Shown in pieces: positions 15,500 to 20,354 of a stretch of 20,354 nt of DNA. The notes under the pieces were generated by a model. It had not been told where the DNA came from. It saw nothing but the letters and a program-made list of their open reading frames with translations, and made no database searches. The stretch lies in the IMG/VR virus record IMGVR_UViG_3300027896_000025; one strand, given 5' to 3'. The translations under genes and the position numbers were made by a program. The stretch is from an uncultured virus (IMG/VR IMGVR_UViG_3300027896_000025). Taxonomy: Duplodnaviria > Heunggongvirae > Uroviricota > Caudoviricetes. Position 1 is the first letter of the stretch. The number at the start of each line of letters is the position of its first letter.

Positions 15500-17404
15500 G
15501 TGCTTTACCGAAGAGTTTGTCAAGGTTTATCAGACGGGGGTGTACTGATTCCAGAATCCGAAAATGTAAAAAATTACATTGACGACAAGGATTGTTACGA
15601 ATCACTGTATTTGTACAACGAAGATCAAAAACGCCAGTTCGATGAAACTGGATCAGTTGCAGGAATTCAAGATGTTGTTACTAACCAGTTATACCTAGAT
15701 TTCGATTCAAAAGATAACTTAGAAGCTGCTAAACATGACGCATTAGCAGTTCTTAATCAACTTAATAAATTCAACATTGAACCAGAGATTTCTTTCACCG
15801 GATGTAAAGGTTTTTCTCTAAGAATTCCTTTAGATCAGTACATCTCTGTTTCAGAGTTCAAAACAGCAGTGTTTAATCTGGCTGGAGATCTCACCACTTT
15901 CGATCGAGTAGTAAATAATCCTAGCCGTATCATTCGAGTTCTAAATACTAAGCATCAAGATTCTGGACTTTACAAACTCCAAATCACAGAGCAGGAACTT
16001 CGCGAGGCGACGATTGAAGACATTTTCCATTGGGCTGAGACAAAGGGCGAACCGTTCGACGTTCCAGCTGTGAAACTCCCTGAGTTTTTGAAGGTTAAGG
16101 AACTTCCAAAGCCTTCAGTTCCAGTACAAATCCTTCCACTGGATTTCGCCAACAAACCAAAGTTTCTTTCGAATTGTAGATGGGCACTCCAAAATGGAAT
16201 GTTTAAGGAAGGTCAACGATCGACAGCGTTGTTGTGCCTTGCTTCAACGTACAAAAACTTAGGCTACGATCAAGAGATCGTTTACCGAATGTTGAAGGGA
16301 GTTTCAGAGTTACAAGCTCAGAGAAACAACCAGGAACGATTTCCCGACGAAGAGATTTATAACAACATCGTCGTTCAAGTGTTTAACGAATCTTGGAAAA
16401 ATGGTCAGTATTCCTGCCGCGAACCTGGGAACTTTCTGTACAATTACTGTCAGGGATTAGGCCATCATAAATGTAATCATCAAGTCGATGATCAGATGAA
16501 GCCCACGAGTCTGGATGAAGTTCATGATTCATTCAAACACTTCGTAACTCACATTGAAGAAAACACTGTTCTGACAGGGATTAAAGCGATTGACGAGAAC
16601 TTCTTTCTAACAACAGGTAGTAACGTTTTGATCTTAGGTGCGGCGGCTTCTGGTAAAACAGCATTAGCTTTGAATATTCTAAATAACACTTCGAAACAAG
16701 GAATCAAGTCAGTCTTCGCATCGTTAGACATGGCACGTAACAGAATGTTTGAGAAAGTAATGTACAAAATCACGGGACTTCCACGCGAAGAGTTGTACCA
16801 TCGATTTCAAATGGATCAAGAAGGTCCACTTATGGATACTCTAAAAAAAGAATTCGGTAACGTGTATTTCTTTAATAAATCCTGCCCGACTGTTCAGGAT
16901 CTTCGCGAATACATTTTAATGTGTCAGGAAACTTCCGGTGAACGAATTAAGTTAGTAATGGTTGATTACTTCGAACGAGTTACTAGTGAAGTCTCCGACG
17001 ATACAGCAGCTTCTAAACGAGTTGCTGGCGAACTCCAAGATTTAGTAAACGATTTGGACGTTTGTTTGATCACATTAGTACAACCAAACAAAGCGTCGAT
17101 CTTTGGCGGTCCCGACGCTCCAATTTACAACTACACCGCGATCAAAGGATCAAGTTTCGTTTACCAAGCCGGTCGCCAGATTCTGAGTATTTGGAGACCG
17201 TTTGCGACGCCAGAATTGAAGGCGAATGATCATTTCTTACAACTAGCGATTTTGAAAAACGATCTTGGTGAGATGAGCGAGTATGTTTTTGGTTGGAATG
17301 GTAAACGTGGCGACATTTACGAGTTGGCAGACCATCAGATTGAAGAGTTTGAAGAACTGTTAGCGAAAAAAGAACGTGAGAAAAAAGTAAAGGATGGATT
17401 TTAA
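15500..17404 (+). CDS. bifunctional primase (AEP/PrimPol-type) - DnaB-like SF4 helicase
   Basis: LYLDFD, SFTGCKGF, RIIRV.NTKH; PriCT-like GQRS.AL; Walker A GAAASGKT, SLDM, Walker B VMVDY; GGAGG SD. Confidence 0.85.
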   Translation: MLYRRVCQGLSDGGVLIPESENVKNYIDDKDCYESLYLYNEDQKRQFDETGSVAGIQDVVTNQLYLDFDSKDNLEAAKHDALAVLNQLNKFNIEPEISFTGCKGFSLRIPLDQYISVSEFKTAVFNLAGDLTTFDRVVNNPSRIIRVLNTKHQDSGLYKLQITEQELREATIEDIFHWAETKGEPFDVPAVKLPEFLKVKELPKPSVPVQILPLDFANKPKFLSNCRWALQNGMFKEGQRSTALLCLASTYKNLGYDQEIVYRMLKGVSELQAQRNNQERFPDEEIYNNIVVQVFNESWKNGQYSCREPGNFLYNYCQGLGHHKCNHQVDDQMKPTSLDEVHDSFKHFVTHIEENTVLTGIKAIDENFFLTTGSNVLILGAAASGKTALALNILNNTSKQGIKSVFASLDMARNRMFEKVMYKITGLPREELYHRFQMDQEGPLMDTLKKEFGNVYFFNKSCPTVQDLREYILMCQETSGERIKLVMVDYFERVTSEVSDDTAASKRVAGELQDLVNDLDVCLITLVQPNKASIFGGPDAPIYNYTAIKGSSFVYQAGRQILSIWRPFATPELKANDHFLQLAILKNDLGEMSEYVFGWNGKRGDIYELADHQIEEFEELLAKKEREKKVKDGF

Positions 17405-17587
17405 ATGATTAATAACATTAAGAAACTAGAGAAGTACTTGGCTCAGGTTACTGAGGCGTTAAACAACCCAGTTCCTGAGAAACACAAACTTCATGAACAT
17501 TCGTACTTTGATCACATGAAGAACGAGTTTGAAAGAACGTCGAAGAAGCTTGAAGCTTTGAAACTGGCGATGCCGTCGAAGAAGTAA
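17405..17587 (+). CDS. small helical hypothetical protein
   Basis: Abuts the helicase stop. Confidence 0.65.
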   Translation: MINNIKKLEKYLAQVTEALNNPVPEKHKLHEHSYFDHMKNEFERTSKKLEALKLAMPSKK

Positions 17588-17589
17588 CA

Positions 17590-18096
17590 ATGTCTAAGAC
17601 TTTTACCATTACTTCCAAAACTCATGGATTGTTCAATGTTATTGTTGACGATGAGGATTTTGAACGAGTAATGAAATACAATTGGTCAATCTCAAAAAAT
17701 GGTAATTATTTTAGAGCTGAAACTAGAACAAGTGAAAATAAATTAATGCGGCTTCATCGATTTATTCTGGGATTAAAACAAGATGATCGAAGAGAAATTG
17801 ATCATAAAAATCGTAATCCAATGGATAACAGAAAAGAAAATCTAAGAATCGCGACTAGACAACAAAATGCTCGAAATATGAAATGTAAAGTTCACCCAAA
17901 TAAAACAGGATTCATTGGAGTTTATAGAAATAACGGTAAAGGAAAATATCGAGCTTGTATCTCGATTGATGATAAAACATTTCATATTCCAGGAAATTAT
18001 AATACTGCTAAAGAAGCAGCTTTTGCTAGGGATCGCTATGCCTTAAGAATTGCTGGCGAATTTGCTGTACTAAATTTTGAGGATAAAGATGTTTAG
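17590..18096 (+). CDS. HNH-AP2 homing endonuclease
   Basis: IVDDED, LHRFI, IDHKNRNPMDNRKENLR, AP2 domain TGFIGV...YRACI...AKEAAFARD...GEFAVLNF. Confidence 0.9.
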   Translation: MSKTFTITSKTHGLFNVIVDDEDFERVMKYNWSISKNGNYFRAETRTSENKLMRLHRFILGLKQDDRREIDHKNRNPMDNRKENLRIATRQQNARNMKCKVHPNKTGFIGVYRNNGKGKYRACISIDDKTFHIPGNYNTAKEAAFARDRYALRIAGEFAVLNFEDKDV

Positions 18097-19060
18097 AGAT
18101 GAAGGGCCGAAGTTGCCAATTGAGAACGTAAATATGATACTAAACAATGGAGGTGCCGGGGATATTGTTGCCTGTTTTCCAGTACTTAGCTATGTTTTAA
18201 AGTATCAAACTAACGTCATCCCTCACGTCCACGTTCCAAATTACATGAAGCAGTTTACTAAGACTGTGTTCCCAACGATCAACGTCTACGGATTCACAGA
18301 ATCAAAAACTAAACTTAAGGAGACTGGAAATTTCGCCGCAGCTCAAACGTTACAATCTCACGTCACTAATATGAGAATGCATTCCACCGATTACGCTTTC
18401 ATGACGTTACTTGACAAGCAAGTCCCCGATCAGTACAAAGATTACGTTAAGTACCCAGTTGGATCAGTTGACATCTCAAGATTCAACCTTCCCAAAGACT
18501 TCGTAGTCGTCAATACAGGATTCACAATTCCATCAAAGGCATGGCCCGCTCAAGAGGTTAATAAAGTTGTCAAGTGGTTACTGTCAAAAAACATAACTCC
18601 CGTATTTTTGGGAAAAGACGACATTCAGGAACAAGGAGCAGCGAAACAGCTAGACGATCCATTACAACACGCGAAGTTCGTTGAAGAAGTTCAGTACTCC
18701 TCGGGGATGGATCTCAGAAATCAGACAGATTTATGCGAAGCGACTGAGATTCTTGCGAAATCAAAAGCGTTTGTTGGACTGGACGGTGGATTGTTCCATT
18801 TAGCCGCCTGTACTGACGTTCCGATCGTCGTGGGATTCACGTTTGTCGATCCTCGCCATATCGTACCATTTCGAGATGGGAAGTGGGCTGGTGGAATTGA
18901 GATCGTGTTACCAGATGAATTGTTAAAGTGTACTGGCTGTCAGAGTAATTGGGCGCATTTATACAACTTTTCGTTTCGAACATGCTGGTACGATGATTAC
19001 CTTTGCGCCAAACAGATGACAGGTGAGAAGTTTATTGACAAACTCGAGCAAAAGTTGTAA
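18089..19060 (+). CDS. glycosyltransferase family 9 (ADP-heptose:LPS heptosyltransferase-like)
   Basis: GGAGDIV...P, K.WP, DLRNQTDL.E...IL, FVGLDGGLFHLAA..DVP.V..F; GAGG SD before ATG 18089. Confidence 0.85.
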   Translation: MFRDEGPKLPIENVNMILNNGGAGDIVACFPVLSYVLKYQTNVIPHVHVPNYMKQFTKTVFPTINVYGFTESKTKLKETGNFAAAQTLQSHVTNMRMHSTDYAFMTLLDKQVPDQYKDYVKYPVGSVDISRFNLPKDFVVVNTGFTIPSKAWPAQEVNKVVKWLLSKNITPVFLGKDDIQEQGAAKQLDDPLQHAKFVEEVQYSSGMDLRNQTDLCEATEILAKSKAFVGLDGGLFHLAACTDVPIVVGFTFVDPRHIVPFRDGKWAGGIEIVLPDELLKCTGCQSNWAHLYNFSFRTCWYDDYLCAKQMTGEKFIDKLEQKL

Positions 19061-19063
19061 AAT
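19035..19063 (+). promoter_or_regulatory. candidate sigma70 promoter at GT9 3' end
   Basis: TTGACA (19035-19040), 17 bp, TAAAAT (19058-19063). Confidence 0.55.
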
Positions 19064-19229
19064 GAAGGTTATAAGATTGGAAAGTGATCTCGAAAATATT
19101 ATGGAAGTGAAAATTGATAAAGATTTTAAGTACAATACTAATGAACATCTTAGAAATTGTTTATTAGATTGGTTTGGATTTGATCGTCAAACGGTATTAA
19201 AAAGTGTAATCGCAATAGAGGAACTATGA
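19062..19229 (+). CDS. EEL-family micro-ORF 16 (55 aa, ends AIEEL)
   Basis: ATG 19062 just after GT9 stop; ATGA overlap downstream. Confidence 0.7.
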   Translation: MKVIRLESDLENIMEVKIDKDFKYNTNEHLRNCLLDWFGFDRQTVLKSVIAIEEL

Positions 19230-19408
19230 TTCCATTTAGTAGTTTATCACTTTCATATTTACTAGATGAACGGTTAATCGATCCAAATAACTCAGGGAAG
19301 TTTGATCTTTACGAAATTAAAATGTTCAATGAATACCTTAATCCTATAGATGATGATAACCATTTACAGTTTCAAATCATTCAACAGATTCAGTTAGAAG
19401 AGTTATGA
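19226..19408 (+). CDS. EEL-family micro-ORF 17 (60 aa, ends QLEEL)
   Basis: ATGA overlaps at both ends. Confidence 0.75.
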   Translation: MIPFSSLSLSYLLDERLIDPNNSGKFDLYEIKMFNEYLNPIDDDNHLQFQIIQQIQLEEL

Positions 19409-19593
19409 ATAGGTACCAGTTTGCACATCGAGTAATAAACAAAGTTAATGATGCCTTGGAATATTATCACTGTGATCAATGTAACGGTAATCACAAACGT
19501 GGGAATCTAACGATGTGTGTACTTCAACAGGCATACAACCAAATGATCAAAAATATACAGGCAGATATCGAAAATGAATTGTACACTAATTAA
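19405..19593 (+). CDS. hypothetical protein (62 aa, Cys/His)
   Basis: HCDQC..H....C; ATGA overlap. Confidence 0.6.
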   Translation: MNRYQFAHRVINKVNDALEYYHCDQCNGNHKRGNLTMCVLQQAYNQMIKNIQADIENELYTN

Positions 19594-19861
19594 TAAAAAT
19601 CGACCAGTTGGAAAATGCTTAATCGAAGATCGTACTGTAGGAGCATACGTTACATTTCCTATAATGGATGAACCAAAAATATCTTGGGATGATTTTGCAA
19701 GTTTTAAATCAACAATTATCCGAGCAGTTTCTCTTCCAGTACTTCGATCAATAAATTGTGATAAACTGTATCTTGACTGTTCTAAAGAATCATTAGATGA
19801 TTTACGAAAGATTCGAAATTTAACTTTATATCCAAATAAAGTAGGATTCGCACTGAAATGA
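19574..19861 (+). CDS. hypothetical protein (95 aa)
   Basis: ATGA-coupled to the polymerase. Confidence 0.6.
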   Translation: MNCTLINKNRPVGKCLIEDRTVGAYVTFPIMDEPKISWDDFASFKSTIIRAVSLPVLRSINCDKLYLDCSKESLDDLRKIRNLTLYPNKVGFALK

Positions 19862-20354
19862 ACCAAGAGATTCAACGACTGATCTATGGAAAGACTCCAC
19901 TTGAGAAAATCGTCTCAGCTGGAATTCACGATTCAGTCTGCGAACTGTTTATTCAACAGCCCGACGGTTCTGTCAAATCAGTCTTCAAGCCAAATAAATA
20001 CTGGTTACTATCGCACAAGAAACTCGATTCTCAGTTCAAACAACTCCAAGGCGATCAGTTTTACCAGTTCTGTAAACTGTATGAAGATCGTGGACAGTTC
20101 TTGTCTGATCGAAACAAGTACTACCGAAATGGAACGTTCTCAATTTGGAACGAGTTAGAAGCGGCTGAAGTAATGTACGGATTCACGTACTTCAAAGGAA
20201 TGAAGCCTGATGAAGTTACTACTCTAAGTTTCGACATTGAGACTACGACTCTCGAGCACAACGAAAAGTCCAAAGTACTAGTCATTGGAAATACTCTCCG
20301 AAAAGCTGGGACAATCACACGGAAATTGTTTTGTTATGATCAGTACTCAACACA
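19858..20354 (+). CDS. family-B DNA polymerase, N-terminal part incl. 3'-5' exonuclease ExoI (runs off window)
   Basis: Open frame from ATG 19858 to window end: MNQEIQRLIYGK...YGFTYFKGMKPDEVTTLSFDIETT (ExoI DIET); missed by ORF track because it has no stop. Confidence 0.8.
   Translation, partial: MNQEIQRLIYGKTPLEKIVSAGIHDSVCELFIQQPDGSVKSVFKPNKYWLLSHKKLDSQFKQLQGDQFYQFCKLYEDRGQFLSDRNKYYRNGTFSIWNELEAAEVMYGFTYFKGMKPDEVTTLSFDIETTTLEHNEKSKVLVIGNTLRKAGTITRKLFCYDQYST

Noticed and set aside
12470..18440. Other TTGACA hexamers (12470, 13188, 18411)
   Set aside because: No acceptable -10 element at 16-18 bp spacing.
3007..19408. EEL/DEV junction repeats as a CRISPR array or attC integron
   Set aside because: Repeats are short and degenerate, the intervening units are intact 140-190 bp ORFs, there are no attC-like palindromes, and no cas or integrase gene is in the window.
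3007..19408. Diversity-generating retroelement as source of micro-gene variation
   Set aside because: No reverse transcriptase and no template/variable repeat pair differing only at adenines is visible here.
1774..20158. + strand track ORFs 1774-1956, 5461-5670 and 19886-20158, and extended starts (1920, 6989, 7832, 10652, 13151, 19023)
   Set aside because: Out-of-frame overlaps with better-coupled genes (1847, 5436/5594, polymerase at 19858); downstream starts fit SD or ATGA coupling better.
341..20318. All minus-strand ORFs in the track
   Set aside because: They lie antisense to well-supported + strand genes and show no motifs; shadow ORFs.

Overview
Segment of a tailed dsDNA phage (or prophage) genome. 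All credible genes are on the + strand, packed almost without intergenic DNA and often coupled by ATGA/GTGA stop-start overlaps. The left half is accessory/early: PA14 lipoprotein, SLT transglycosylase, DUF6745-like protein, a MoxR-like AAA+ ATPase with a DUF2201 metallopeptidase-vWA partner, and a subtilase. The right half is recombination/replication: PD-(D/E)XK nuclease, ERF annealase, primase-helicase and the start of a family-B DNA polymerase. It also carries a GT9 glycosyltransferase and three HNH endonucleases. The main unexplained structure is a dispersed family of 17 AT-rich, nearly alanine-free micro-ORFs (47-61 aa) in 8 clusters between larger genes; 11 of them are missing from the supplied ORF track. 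They share a C-terminal [DE]-E-[LIV]-stop motif (DNA consensus GAN GAR NTR TGA, overlapping the next start codon), often a 4-residue hydrophobic periodicity, and partly shared N-termini. Four sigma70-like promoters are embedded in gene 3' ends. All family assignments come from motif recognition by eye; no searches were run.
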